This document shows, piece after piece, positions 8,878-18,904 of a stretch of DNA of 64,000 bases (positions are counted from its first letter, which is position 1; each line of letters opens with the position of its first letter). Made by a program: the position numbers and the translations under genes. The stretch lies in NCBI RefSeq assembly GCF_003018115.1, contig NZ_CP027457.1, one strand, 5' to 3'. The DNA comes from Escherichia coli (lineage in GTDB: Bacteria > Pseudomonadota > Gammaproteobacteria > Enterobacterales > Enterobacteriaceae). The notes under the pieces were generated by a model that saw nothing but the letters and a program-made list of their open reading frames with translations, made no database searches and had not been told where the DNA came from.

Positions 8878-9091
8878 TGTTCAACCGCCCCGCCCGCTTC
8901 GTCTTACGATATTCATCATAAACTTTGGGATCATACTGAAGCTCCCCGCCAGATGCCTCCTGTAGACGCATCGCGCGACCTTCGGGAACTAAATCCCCTT
9001 TCCAGCTATAAAGCGAAGCCAAACGAATACCTGCTGCTTGTGCAAGTTTTGTTTTTGAACCGAAATACAAAAGAGCGTCAGTTTTAAGCAT
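8861..9091 (-). CDS. dicC: DicC, Cro-like repressor of division inhibition
   Basis: 76 aa MLKTDALLYFGSKTKLAQAAGIRLASLYSWKGDL...; divergent from dicA. Confidence 0.85.
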   Translation of the reverse strand: MLKTDALLYFGSKTKLAQAAGIRLASLYSWKGDLVPEGRAMRLQEASGGELQYDPKVYDEYRKTKRAGRLNNENHS

Positions 9092-9174
9092 TTAAAACAC
9101 CTTTATTGTTAGTCATAACTAACAAGATAGATGTTAACAAAAACATAGTCAATACGATTTAGCATTAGCTAACT
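9092..9174. promoter_or_regulatory. dicA-dicC divergent promoter and operator region
   Basis: repeated TTAG(T/C)-N-CTAA-type half-site motifs (TTAGTCATAACTAACAA, TTAGCATTAGCTAACT); similar motifs recur at 9600-9670. Confidence 0.5.
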
Positions 9175-9582
9175 ATGGAAACAAAAAATTTAACTATCGG
9201 CGAACGCATCAGGTATCGTCGGAAAAACCTCAAACACACCCAAAGGTCTCTTGCTAAAGCCCTGAAAATCTCCCATGTGTCTGTATCACAATGGGAACGG
9301 GGTGATAGTGAACCTACAGGGAAGAACCTTTTTGCCCTCAGCAAAGTATTGCAATGCTCACCAACATGGATTCTATTTGGCGATGAAGACAAGCAACCAA
9401 CACCACCTGTTGAGAAGCCAGTTGCCTTATCCCCCAAAGAACTAGAGCTCCTTGAGCTGTTTAATGCACTGCCAGAATCAGAACAGGATACCCAGCTCGC
9501 CGAAATGCGAGCTCGAGTAAAAAACTTCAATAAACTCTTTGAAGAATTACTAAAAGCCCGTCAGCGGACAAATAAAAGATAA
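9175..9582 (+). CDS. dicA: DicA, cI-like HTH repressor
   Basis: 135 aa METKNLTIGERIRYRRKNLKHTQRSLAKALKISHVSVSQWERGDSEPTG... Confidence 0.9.
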   Translation: METKNLTIGERIRYRRKNLKHTQRSLAKALKISHVSVSQWERGDSEPTGKNLFALSKVLQCSPTWILFGDEDKQPTPPVEKPVALSPKELELLELFNALPESEQDTQLAEMRARVKNFNKLFEELLKARQRTNKR

Positions 9583-9748
9583 CATCATCAATGAGTTATC
9601 TTTTACCACATCAATTATGTTAGCTATAGCATACAAAATCACTTGACCGATATGTTAGTCATGGCTAATCTTGTTTGCATCAACACACCGCACGGTGTTC
9701 TCAGCAAACAGTTCCGCTACCCCAGCGTTAAGGGGAAATGAGGTCAGC

Positions 9749-9904
9749 ATGGATACTATCGATCTTGGCAACAACGAATCTCTGGTGTACGGCGTGTTTC
9801 CAAACCAGGACGGCACGTTCACCGCAATGACGTATACCAAAAGCAAAACGTTTAAAACCGAAAATGGTGCCCGTCGCTGGCTGGAAAGAAACTCAGGTGA
9901 GTGA
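9749..9904 (+). CDS. ydfA: YdfA small prophage protein
   Basis: 51 aa MDTIDLGNNESLVYGVFPNQDGTFTAMTYTKSKTFKTENGARRWLERNSGE. Confidence 0.8.
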   Translation: MDTIDLGNNESLVYGVFPNQDGTFTAMTYTKSKTFKTENGARRWLERNSGE

Positions 9905-9905
9905 T

Positions 9906-10034
9906 ATGGATTTCGACACAATCATGGAAAAGGCTTACGAAGAATACTTCGAAGGCCTTGCCGAAGGCGAAGAAGCTCTCAGCTTCAGTGAGTTTAAACA
10001 GGCGCTTTCCAGTTCGGCAAAATCTAACGGCTGA
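9906..10034 (+). CDS. ydfB: YdfB small prophage protein
   Basis: 42 aa MDFDTIMEKAYEEYFEGLAEGEEALSFSEFKQALSSSAKSNG; below the ORF-track length cutoff. Confidence 0.75.
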   Translation: MDFDTIMEKAYEEYFEGLAEGEEALSFSEFKQALSSSAKSNG

Positions 10035-10063
10035 TAAGCGAAACAGCACCGCGAGGAATCAGT

Positions 10064-10282
10064 ATGCAGAAACGAGAACCCGTCATCATCGCGCCAGACT
10101 ATACCGATGATGAACTTTATGAGTGGATGCGCCAGAAAATTAATGCAGCGCAGGATCTGAAATGGGCTAATGAAGCCAGGGCTAAGCAGGCTGAAAATCT
10201 GTCCGCTCTGGAGCAGGATATCACCAATCTGGAAAAAGCAGCGGCATTAAGCATTGCCAGAATGATTACATACCCGCGTTAG
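10064..10282 (+). CDS. ydfC: YdfC prophage protein
   Basis: 72 aa MQKREPVIIAPDYTDDELYEWMRQKINAAQDLKWANEARAKQAENL... Confidence 0.8.
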   Translation: MQKREPVIIAPDYTDDELYEWMRQKINAAQDLKWANEARAKQAENLSALEQDITNLEKAAALSIARMITYPR

Positions 10283-10622
10283 TAGCTAATCAACAAAGCT
10301 AAGGTTAGTAATTAAGGAGTTCTCCACGGGTGAGGTGGAGTGCGTGCGCCGGACACGGGTGCGCATCCGGAACTGACAGTTTACTGAAAGGATATTTCCC
10401 TGAAAAGTCAGACCATAACGCGAAAGCGCACGGCGAGGTAGCTGGTTCATAGATAGCCTGTCGTTAAATTTTCGTCGACCGTGCGCTTCCGGTTGTGGCA
10501 ACCCGCGAAATGGCGCGGCGGTAAGTATGGCGGGGTTATTCCTTCCCCGTTGAGGACACCGGGTTGTCAGGTTGACCATACGCTTAAGTGACAACCCCGC
10601 TGCAACGCCCTCTGTTATCAAT

Positions 10623-10675
10623 TTTCTGGTGACGTTTGGCGGTATCAGTTTTACTCCGTGACTGCTCTGCCGCCC
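10623..10675 (+). ncRNA. dicF: DicF small RNA (ftsZ-targeting, processed from the dicA operon transcript)
   Basis: sequence TTTCTGGTGACGTTTGGCGGTATCAGTTTTACTCCGTGACTGCTCTGCCGCCC followed by a T-run, between ydfC and dicB. Confidence 0.8.
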
Positions 10676-10849
10676 TTTTTAAAGTGAATTTTGTGATGTG
10701 GTGAATGCGGCTGAGCGCACGCGGAACAGTTAAAACCAAAAACAGTGTTATGGGTGGATTCTCTGTATCCGGCGTTAATTGTTAACTAGTTAACGTCACC
10801 TGGAGGCACCAGGCACTGCATCACAAAATTCATTGTTGAGGACGCGATA

Positions 10850-11038
10850 ATGAAAACGTTATTACCAAACGTTAATACGTCTGAAGGTTGTTTTGAAATT
10901 GGTGTCACTATCAGTAACCCAGTATTTACTGAAGATGCCATTAACAAGAGAAAACAAGAACGGGAGCTATTAAATAAAATATGCATTGTTTCAATGCTGG
11001 CTCGTTTACGTCTGATGCCAAAAGGATGTGCACAATGA
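10850..11038 (+). CDS. dicB: DicB cell-division inhibitor
   Basis: 62 aa MKTLLPNVNTSEGCFEIGVTISNPVFTEDAINKRKQERELLNKICIVSMLARLRLMPKGCAQ. Confidence 0.9.
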   Translation: MKTLLPNVNTSEGCFEIGVTISNPVFTEDAINKRKQERELLNKICIVSMLARLRLMPKGCAQ

Positions 11039-11226
11039 ATTCAGCATTTGTGCTTGTTCTGACAGTTTTTCTTGTTTCCGGAGAGCCAGTTGATATTGCA
11101 GTCAGTGTTCACAGGACAATGCAGGAGTGTATGACTGCAGCAACCGAACAGAAAATTCCCGGTAACTGTTACCCGGTCGATAAAGTTATTCACCAGGATA
11201 ATATCGAAATCCCGGCAGGTCTTTAA
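11035..11226 (+). CDS. ydfD: YdfD small membrane (lysis-type) protein
   Basis: 63 aa MNSAFVLVLTVFLVSGEPVDIAVSVHRTMQECMTAATEQKIP...; ATGA overlap with the dicB stop. Confidence 0.8.
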   Translation: MNSAFVLVLTVFLVSGEPVDIAVSVHRTMQECMTAATEQKIPGNCYPVDKVIHQDNIEIPAGL

Positions 11227-11318
11227 AACAGTTCCGTAATAAATATCCGGTTTCATTCTTATATGCCAGCAATGGCAGGGATTTGTTCATCCTTAAATCT
11301 GTCATGAGGTTAAAACAA

Positions 11319-13790
11319 ATGAGTAAAGTCTTTATTTGCGCCGCTATTCCTGACGAACTGGCAACAAGGGAAGAAGGCGCTGTGGCTGTAGCCACAGCCA
11401 TTGAAGCTGGCGACGAACGCCGTGCTCGAGCAAAATTTCACTGGCAATTCCTGGAACATTATCCGGCTGCTCAGGACTGCGCTTATAAATTTATTGTCTG
11501 CGAGGATAAACCTGGCATACCCCGCCCTGCCCTCGATTCATGGGATGCTGAATATATGCAGGAAAACCGCTGGGATGAGGAGTCTGCTTCTTTTGTCCCG
11601 GTTGAGACTGAATCCGATCCGATGAACGTCACTTTTGACAAGCTGGCCCCTGAAGTACAGAACGCTGTCATGGTTAAGTTCGACACATGTGAAAACATCA
11701 CCGTTGATATGGTTATTAGCGCACAGGAATTGTTGCAGGAAGACATGGCAACATTCGACGGACATATCGTTGAAGCGTTGATGAAAATGCCAGAAGTTAA
11801 CGCCATGTATCCGGAGCTTAAGTTGCACGCCATTGGGTGGGTTAAGCATAAATGTATTCCTGGTGCTAAATGGCCCGAAATTCAGGCAGAGATGCGCATC
11901 TGGAAAAAACGTCGCGAAGGTGAACGCAAGGAAACCGGAAAATACACGTCTGTTGTTGATCTCGCCCGCGCCAGAGCCAATCAACAGTACACTGAAAATT
12001 CAACAGGAAAAATCAGCCCGGTCATTGCTGCCATTCATCGCGAATACAAGCAGACATGGAAAACACTGGATGACGAACTGGCCTACGCTCTCTGGCCTAG
12101 TGATGTGGATGCCGGAAACATTGACGGCAGCATCCATCGCTGGGCAAAAAAAGAAGTTATCGACAACGACCGCGAAGACTGGAAGCGTATCTCGGCATCA
12201 ATGCGCAAACAGCCTGATGCCCTTCGCTACGACCGCCAAACTATTTTTGGCCTTGTCCGTGAGCGTCCGATCGACATTCACAAAGATCCCGTAGCACTGA
12301 ACAAATATATCTGCGAATACCTGACGACAAAGGGCGTGTTTGAGAATGAAGAAACAGACCTGGGCACTGTTGATGTTCTCCAGTCATCAGAAACACAAAC
12401 TGATGCAGTGGAAACTGAGGTATCTGATATCCCAAAAAATGAAACCGCGCCGGAAGCTGAACCATCTGTAGAGCGTGAGGGGCCGTTCTATTTCCTCTTC
12501 GCAGATAAGGACGGAGAAAAATACGGTCGCGCAAACAAACTCTCTGGTCTGGATAAGGCACTGGCTGCTGGCGCCACTGAAATCACAAAAGAAGAATATT
12601 TTGCCCGAAAAAATGGCACATACACGGGCTTACCGCAAAATGTAGATACCGCTGAAGATTCAGAACAACCAGAGCCGATAAAAGTTACCGCTGACGAAGT
12701 AAACAAAATTATGCAGGCAGCCAATATCAGCCAGCCTGACGCCGATAAGTTGCTTGCTGCATCACGTGGTGAATTTGTTGAAGGGATTAGTGACCCGAAT
12801 GATCCGAAATGGGTTAAGGGGCTCCAGACCCGCGATTCTGTGAACCAGAACCAGCATGAATCGGAACGGAACTACCAAAAAGCGGAACAAAACAGTCCAA
12901 ATGCGTTACAAAACGAGCCAGAAACGAAACAGCCTGAACCAGTAGCGCAACAGGAAGTGGAAAAAGTCTGCACCGCCTGCGGTCAGACCGGCGGCGGCAA
13001 CTGCCCTGATTGTGGCGCGGTGATGGGCGACGCAACATACCAAGAAACATTCGATGAAGAGTATCAGGTTGAAGTTCAGGAAGATGATCCGGAGGAAATG
13101 GAAGGCGCTGAACATCCACACAAGGAGAACACTGGCGGCAATCAGCATCACAATAGCGATAATGAAACTGGCGAGACGGCAGATCACCCAATTAAGGTGA
13201 ACGGTCATCACGAAATCACATCCACCAGCAGGACGTGTGACCATCTAATGATCGACCTTGAAACCATGGGAAAAAATCCTGATGCCCCGATCATCTCAAT
13301 AGGTGCAATATTTTTCGATCCGCAAACCGGAGATATGGGACCGGAATTTAGTAAGACTATCGATCTGGAAACTGCTGGCGGAGTCATTGATCGGGACACC
13401 ATTAAATGGTGGCTTAAGCAATCACGCGAAGCGCAATCTGCCATTATGACCGATGAAATCCCGTTAGATGATGCACTGTTACAATTGCGAGAATTTATCG
13501 ACGAAAACTCCGGTGAATTTTTTGTTCAGGTTTGGGGAAATGGAGCCAACTTCGACAACACGATTTTGCGCCGTTCATACGAACGGCAGGGGATCCCCTG
13601 CCCGTGGCGTTACTACAACGATCGCGATGTACGCACAATCGTTGAGCTGGGGAAAGCCATAGACTTCGATGCCAGAACGGCTATTCCATTCGAAGGTGAG
13701 CGCCATAATGCACTTGATGACGCCCGTTACCAGGCAAAATACGTTTCAGTTATCTGGCAAAAACTGATCCCGAGTCAGGCTGATTCTTAA
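11319..13790 (+). CDS. ydfE: YdfE-family protein with C-terminal DnaQ-like (DEDDh) 3'-5' exonuclease domain
   Basis: N-terminus MSKVFICAAIPDELATREEG... matches YdfE; acidic low-complexity linker; CxxC-x8-CxxC ribbon (CTACGQTGGGNCPDCG); C-terminal exonuclease motifs MIDLETMG, WGNGANFD, HNALDDARY. Confidence 0.8.
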   Translation: MSKVFICAAIPDELATREEGAVAVATAIEAGDERRARAKFHWQFLEHYPAAQDCAYKFIVCEDKPGIPRPALDSWDAEYMQENRWDEESASFVPVETESDPMNVTFDKLAPEVQNAVMVKFDTCENITVDMVISAQELLQEDMATFDGHIVEALMKMPEVNAMYPELKLHAIGWVKHKCIPGAKWPEIQAEMRIWKKRREGERKETGKYTSVVDLARARANQQYTENSTGKISPVIAAIHREYKQTWKTLDDELAYALWPSDVDAGNIDGSIHRWAKKEVIDNDREDWKRISASMRKQPDALRYDRQTIFGLVRERPIDIHKDPVALNKYICEYLTTKGVFENEETDLGTVDVLQSSETQTDAVETEVSDIPKNETAPEAEPSVEREGPFYFLFADKDGEKYGRANKLSGLDKALAAGATEITKEEYFARKNGTYTGLPQNVDTAEDSEQPEPIKVTADEVNKIMQAANISQPDADKLLAASRGEFVEGISDPNDPKWVKGLQTRDSVNQNQHESERNYQKAEQNSPNALQNEPETKQPEPVAQQEVEKVCTACGQTGGGNCPDCGAVMGDATYQETFDEEYQVEVQEDDPEEMEGAEHPHKENTGGNQHHNSDNETGETADHPIKVNGHHEITSTSRTCDHLMIDLETMGKNPDAPIISIGAIFFDPQTGDMGPEFSKTIDLETAGGVIDRDTIKWWLKQSREAQSAIMTDEIPLDDALLQLREFIDENSGEFFVQVWGNGANFDNTILRRSYERQGIPCPWRYYNDRDVRTIVELGKAIDFDARTAIPFEGERHNALDDARYQAKYVSVIWQKLIPSQADS

Positions 13791-13862
13791 TGTTCAACTG
13801 TCGCCGGTTGTGACTGGTATTCTGCAACCGGCGCTCGTCTGATGTAAGAGATAAAGAAATCG

Positions 13863-14114
13863 ATGAGCGAAGTAATCATGATTGTCTCTCCCGGCAAATG
13901 GGTATCCGAAGAGCAGTTAATTGCGCTGAAAGGAATAAAAAAAGGTACGTTAAAAAAGGCCCGGGAAAAATCGTTTATGGAAGGAAGGGAATATAAGCAT
14001 GTCGCTCATGACGGTATGCCATGGGATAACAGTCCATGCTTTTACAACCTGGAAGAAATTGATCGCTGGATTGAGCGCCAGGCATCAGCGAGACCAAGAC
14101 GTCATCTTACTTGA
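13863..14114 (+). CDS. excisionase-like protein
   Basis: 83-aa basic ORF directly upstream of the integrase, the typical lambdoid xis position. Confidence 0.6.
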   Translation: MSEVIMIVSPGKWVSEEQLIALKGIKKGTLKKAREKSFMEGREYKHVAHDGMPWDNSPCFYNLEEIDRWIERQASARPRRHLT

Positions 14115-14133
14115 CTAAAAGCCACACTAACTA

Positions 14134-15429
14134 ATGAGAGAAGTTGAAATGAAATATCCGACAGGCGTGGAAAACCATGGAGGGAAATTACGTATCTGGT
14201 TTGTTTATAAAGACGTAAGAGTCAGGGAAAATCTGGGGGTTCCTGACACAGCAAAAAACAGGCGCGTTGCAGGTGAACTACGCTCCTCTGTTTGTTACGC
14301 AATAAAAACTGGTGTTTTCGACTATGCAAAACAGTTTCCCTCCTCACGCAATCTGGAAAAATTTGGTGAGGCCCGACAAGATTTAACCATAAAAGAACTG
14401 GCTGAAAAATTTCTGGCACTGAAAGAAACTGAAGTCGCCAAAACATCACTCAACACATACCGTGCCGTCATCAAAAATATCCTGAGCATAATCGGTGAAA
14501 AAAATCTTGCCTCATCGATTAATAAAGAAAAATTACTGGAGGTTCGTAAAGAGTTACTGACTGGATACCAGATCCCCAAAAGTAACTATATTGTTACACA
14601 ACCAGGGAGATCGGCTGTAACTGTAAATAATTACATGACAAATCTTAACGCCGTGTTCCAGTTTGGTGTTGATAACGGTTACCTGGCAGATAATCCGTTT
14701 AAGGGGATCTCGCCATTAAAGGAATCAAGAACCATTCCGGATCCTCTTTCGCGGGAAGAATTTATCCGTCTTATCGATGCGTGCAGAAATCAGCAAGCAA
14801 AAAATTTATGGTGTGTTTCTGTTTATACTGGAGTTCGCCCTGGTGAGCTGTGTGCACTTGGATGGGAGGACATAGATCTGAAAAATGGAACAATGATGAT
14901 CAGGAGAAATTTAGCAAAAGACCGTTTCACGGTACCAAAAACACAGGCGGGAACCAATCGGGTCATTCATCTTATTAAGCCAGCAATCGACGCTCTCCGG
15001 AGTCAGATGACATTAACGAGACTGAGCAAAGAGCATATCATTGATGTTCACCTCAGAGAGTATGGCAGAACAGAAAAACAAAAATGCACCTTTGTTTTTC
15101 AACCTGAAGTGTCAGCGAGAGTAAAAAATTATGGTGACCATTTTACCGTTGACTCAATAAGGCAGATGTGGGACGCAGCGATAAAACGTGCCGGACTCCG
15201 CCATCGAAAATCATATCAGTCGAGACATACTTATGCCTGCTGGTCGCTGACAGCTGGTGCTAACCCGGCATTTATAGCAAACCAGATGGGCCATGCAGAT
15301 GCGCAAATGGTATTTCAGGTATACGGAAAATGGATGTCTGAAAACAATAATGCACAGGTAGCTTTGTTAAATACACAGTTAAGCGAGTTTGCCCCAACCA
15401 TGCCCCATAACGAAGCAATGAAAAATTAA
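14134..15429 (+). CDS. intQ: tyrosine recombinase, phage integrase (IntQ-like, full length)
   Basis: 431 aa with C-terminal catalytic motifs (HxxR in SRHTYACW, Y in VFQVYGKW); last gene before core rspB. Confidence 0.85.
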   Translation: MREVEMKYPTGVENHGGKLRIWFVYKDVRVRENLGVPDTAKNRRVAGELRSSVCYAIKTGVFDYAKQFPSSRNLEKFGEARQDLTIKELAEKFLALKETEVAKTSLNTYRAVIKNILSIIGEKNLASSINKEKLLEVRKELLTGYQIPKSNYIVTQPGRSAVTVNNYMTNLNAVFQFGVDNGYLADNPFKGISPLKESRTIPDPLSREEFIRLIDACRNQQAKNLWCVSVYTGVRPGELCALGWEDIDLKNGTMMIRRNLAKDRFTVPKTQAGTNRVIHLIKPAIDALRSQMTLTRLSKEHIIDVHLREYGRTEKQKCTFVFQPEVSARVKNYGDHFTVDSIRQMWDAAIKRAGLRHRKSYQSRHTYACWSLTAGANPAFIANQMGHADAQMVFQVYGKWMSENNNAQVALLNTQLSEFAPTMPHNEAMKN

Positions 15430-15616
15430 TTTAATATTTATCAAATAGTTAACACGCATGACTCTTGAAATCCATAAATTCAAGCGCAGTGCCCAGCCAT
15501 CCCGATACCGCTGCTTTCACCAAATCCTTAGTGCTTCTTTCGTGTTTTTCTATTGTCATAATGGTTATCTCTAAAAAAGAGGTAAGATGCGTACTACTTA
15601 CTCGCCGTTATTGGTA
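15430..15616. other. prophage-chromosome junction (attR candidate) between int and rspB
   Basis: position only: 187-bp non-coding gap between the integrase stop and the first core gene. Confidence 0.4.
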
Positions 15617-16636
15617 TTATTCAGAAAAAGTGAGTAAGACTTTGCAGCAATGTTTTTGATCCTGTTCAAATAAACTAATGGCATCAGCAACATGCTGGAA
15701 ATCAAACGTATGGGTAATTAATTTTTCTGGTTTAATTAACCCTTTACTTAACCAGTCGATAACGACCGGAAATTTATTTGCATTTAAGCGTGAAGAGAAA
15801 ATAGAGAGTTCTTTTCCGGTAATTCCTTGCTGAATCACTTCAGACGGTTCACTGGAGAACCCCATCAATACAATACGTGCCGCTGGAGAAGCCAGCGTTA
15901 CGGCCTCTTTCAAGATAGAAGGATGACAAGCCGCATCGATAATTAATGTCGGCTTGATGCCTTTTTCAGTGAAAATCTCGCCAAGCGGTGTCTGGCTGTT
16001 ATTAATCGCCCAGTCAGCCCCGCTCTCTTTCGCTTTTTCCAGTCGTTCATCAATGCGATCGGCAACAATCACATTTTTAACGTTATAGACGCCTTTTAAT
16101 ACCTGAACGATCGTCAGGCCGATTGGACCGGCACCATAAACCAGAACGGTATCATTTTCTGTCGGTTGACCATGTCCGGTTACGTTAGCCGCAATGGTAA
16201 AAGGTTCGATCATTACCGCATATTGATCGGCCACTGCTTCAGGAATTTTCCACGCATTTTTTGCCGGAACCACGGCATATTCACTGAAACCACCGTCAGC
16301 GTGCACACCTAATACAGCCAGTGTCATACAAACGTTCGGTTTACCTATAGAGCACGGATAGCAATGCCCACAGCTGACCACCGGATCGACAGCAACACGT
16401 TCACCGACTCTGGCGCTTTCCACGCCGTCACCCACTGCATCAATGACGCCAAAGAATTCATGACCAATGACGCGCGGATATTTCGCAAAAGGATTATGCC
16501 CACGATAAATATGGCTATCTGAACCACAAATTCCGGCAAGTTTCACTTTTACTCGTACTTCACCCGCTGACGGGGTGGGTATTTCACGTTCGACAATCGC
16601 CAGTTGATTCGGTTTTTCAATTAATATGCTTTTCAT
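15617..16636 (-). CDS. rspB: starvation-sensing protein RspB, Zn-dependent alcohol dehydrogenase family
   Basis: MKSILIEKPNQLAIVEREIPT...; GHEFFG and CGxCxxC zinc motifs. Confidence 0.9.
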   Translation of the reverse strand: MKSILIEKPNQLAIVEREIPTPSAGEVRVKVKLAGICGSDSHIYRGHNPFAKYPRVIGHEFFGVIDAVGDGVESARVGERVAVDPVVSCGHCYPCSIGKPNVCMTLAVLGVHADGGFSEYAVVPAKNAWKIPEAVADQYAVMIEPFTIAANVTGHGQPTENDTVLVYGAGPIGLTIVQVLKGVYNVKNVIVADRIDERLEKAKESGADWAINNSQTPLGEIFTEKGIKPTLIIDAACHPSILKEAVTLASPAARIVLMGFSSEPSEVIQQGITGKELSIFSSRLNANKFPVVIDWLSKGLIKPEKLITHTFDFQHVADAISLFEQDQKHCCKVLLTFSE

Positions 16637-16647
16637 TATCTTACTCC

Positions 16648-17862
16648 TTACCAGTTCCACAGCGTGCCATCTTCCAGACGTGCGACTGGTAGATAAGCAG
16701 GTTCATAGGGATATTTCGCCGCCAGCTTTTCATCGAATTCGATACCAAGACCCGGTTTGTCTCCCGGATGCATATAGCCGTTATCGAAAGTCCAGTTGTG
16801 CGGGAAGACTTCGAGCATTTGTTCGGAATAACCCATGTATTCCTGGACACCGAAATTGGGGACCCACAGATCAAAATGCAGCGCCGCAGCCATGCAGACT
16901 GGTGACAAATCGGAAGGACCGTGTGAGCCAGTACGTACCTGATACAGCGAAGCAAAATCGGCAATCCGGCGCATACCGGTAATTCCGCCTGTATGGGTCA
17001 GCGTGGTGCGGATATAATCGATAAGTTGCTCTTCAATCAGTTGCTTGCAGTCCCAGATGCTGTTGAAGACTTCACCCACTGCGATGGGTGTGACGGTATG
17101 TTGGCGAATGAGACGGAAGCATTCCTGGTTTTCCGCAGGCGTCGGGTCTTCCATCCAGAACATGCGATAATCTTCAATGCTTTTACCAAAGCGCGCCGCT
17201 TCAATAGGCGTTAAGCGATGGTGCATGTCATGCAGCAAATGTTCATTAAAACCAAACTTGTTACGTACCGCGTCAAACAATTTCGGCATGAAATCGAGGT
17301 ATTTCTCCGTCGACCACAGCTGCTCTTCCGGCCACTGTCCTTTGGTTGCGGGTTCATAAGCCAGACCTTTACCTTTCGACATGCCGTAGGTGGTTTTCAT
17401 ACCAGGGATTCCGCACTGCACGCGGATGGCTTTGAATCCCAGCTCCTGATGACGGGCATAATCATCCAGAGCTTCATCAATACTGTGACCGGTGGTATGG
17501 CAATAAACCATCACCCCTTCACGAGACGCGCCGCCGAGTAACTGGTAAAGCGGCATGTTGGCAGCTTTGGCTTTAATATCCCACAGCGCCATATCAACCG
17601 CTGAAATGGCCGACATCGTAACCGGACCGCGACGCCAGTAAGCACCTTTATAGAAAAACTGCCAGATATCTTCGATACGGTGCGCATCGCGACCAATAAG
17701 CTGCGGACAAAGGTGATCCTGCAAATAAGAGGCCACGGAAAGCTCACGTCCATTGAGGGTGGCATCCCCAAGGCCCGTAATACCGTCCTCAGTGGTGATT
17801 TTTAATGTGACGAAATTACGCCCCGGACAGGTAACAAAAACTTCAGCCTTTACGATCTTCAT
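16648..17862 (-). CDS. rspA: starvation-sensing protein RspA, enolase-superfamily dehydratase
   Basis: [27 protein letters not shown]... Confidence 0.9.
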   Translation of the reverse strand: MKIVKAEVFVTCPGRNFVTLKITTEDGITGLGDATLNGRELSVASYLQDHLCPQLIGRDAHRIEDIWQFFYKGAYWRRGPVTMSAISAVDMALWDIKAKAANMPLYQLLGGASREGVMVYCHTTGHSIDEALDDYARHQELGFKAIRVQCGIPGMKTTYGMSKGKGLAYEPATKGQWPEEQLWSTEKYLDFMPKLFDAVRNKFGFNEHLLHDMHHRLTPIEAARFGKSIEDYRMFWMEDPTPAENQECFRLIRQHTVTPIAVGEVFNSIWDCKQLIEEQLIDYIRTTLTHTGGITGMRRIADFASLYQVRTGSHGPSDLSPVCMAAALHFDLWVPNFGVQEYMGYSEQMLEVFPHNWTFDNGYMHPGDKPGLGIEFDEKLAAKYPYEPAYLPVARLEDGTLWNW

Positions 17863-18067
17863 GTTCGATTCCTTGCATCGCTTGTCGTGATGCATGAAAT
17901 CTACGCAACTGAGCTACTACCATACAAGTATGAAGATCAAAAAAAGCCGGAGTGATCACAAAAAAAGGCGTATATTTTCGCCATGAATGGTTGACAAAAG
18001 ATGAAATAGAGTACCTTTTATCAGCTGACGCTTCCTCGTATCTTATTGATAAAATGGATTTATGTTC

Positions 18068-18394
18068 CTACGTGCGCCCCCAGCCCGCAACAATGATCAA
18101 CATGCCGCAAAGCGCAATCAACGCACCCATCCAGTCATAAAGAGTCAGTTTCACGCCATCCACAACGCGCAGCCACATCAACGCCGTGCAGACATAAACG
18201 CCACCATAAGCCGCGTAAACACGCCCACTCGCCGCAGGATGCAACGTTAACAACCAGACAAACAGCGCCAGTGAAATCCCCGCCGGAAGCAACAGCCAGA
18301 TACTGGCGTTTCGTTTTAACCACAACCAGGGCAGAAAGCATCCAATAATTTCACACAGCGCAGTAGCAAAAAATAGTAACGTTGTTTTAATCAT
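18068..18394 (-). CDS. ynfA: UPF0060 inner membrane protein YnfA
   Basis: [25 protein letters not shown]... Confidence 0.85.
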   Translation of the reverse strand: MIKTTLLFFATALCEIIGCFLPWLWLKRNASIWLLLPAGISLALFVWLLTLHPAASGRVYAAYGGVYVCTALMWLRVVDGVKLTLYDWMGALIALCGMLIIVAGWGRT

Positions 18395-18528
18395 CTTTGT
18401 CACTTATTGACATCATGTATAGTTATAGGGCCACATAATATCATCAATATAAACACCCTCCTGGTACGTTTTGCGTTCGCAGTGGATGGTGTAGAATCAC
18501 CTTTAATCATTCATACAGGGAATGAATT

Positions 18529-18870
18529 ATGAAAATCACTCTCAGCAAACGAATCGGCCTGCTCGCTTTTCTGCTGCCTTGCGCACTGGCATTGAGCACA
18601 ACTGTTCATGCCGAAACTAACAAACTGGTGATTGAGTCTGGCGACAGTGCACAAAGCCGCCAGCACGCCGCTATGGAAAAAGAGCAATGGAATGACACGC
18701 GCAATCTGCGTCAGAAAGTGAATAAACGCACTGAAAAAGAGTGGGATAAAGCCGACGCCGCTTTTGATAACCGCGATAAATGTGAGCAAAGCGCCAACAT
18801 CAATGCCTACTGGGAGCCCAATACTTTGCGCTGCCTGGACCGTCGAACTGGCCGCGTTATTACCCCCTAA
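18529..18870 (+). CDS. ynfB: secreted protein YnfB
   Basis: 113 aa with signal peptide. Confidence 0.85.
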
Positions 18871-18904
18871 CCTGTTATTGATTTAAGGAATGTAAGGACA
18901 CGTT

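Noticed and set aside
10286-10621. 111-aa minus-strand ORF between ydfC and dicF
   Set aside because: Lies in the region known to be the processed precursor of DicF on the opposite strand; no RBS; likely non-coding.
13791-14133. Search for a defense-gene island in the usual hotspot next to the integrase
   Set aside because: The interval between the exonuclease gene and int holds only an 83-aa excisionase-like ORF; no room for an additional system.
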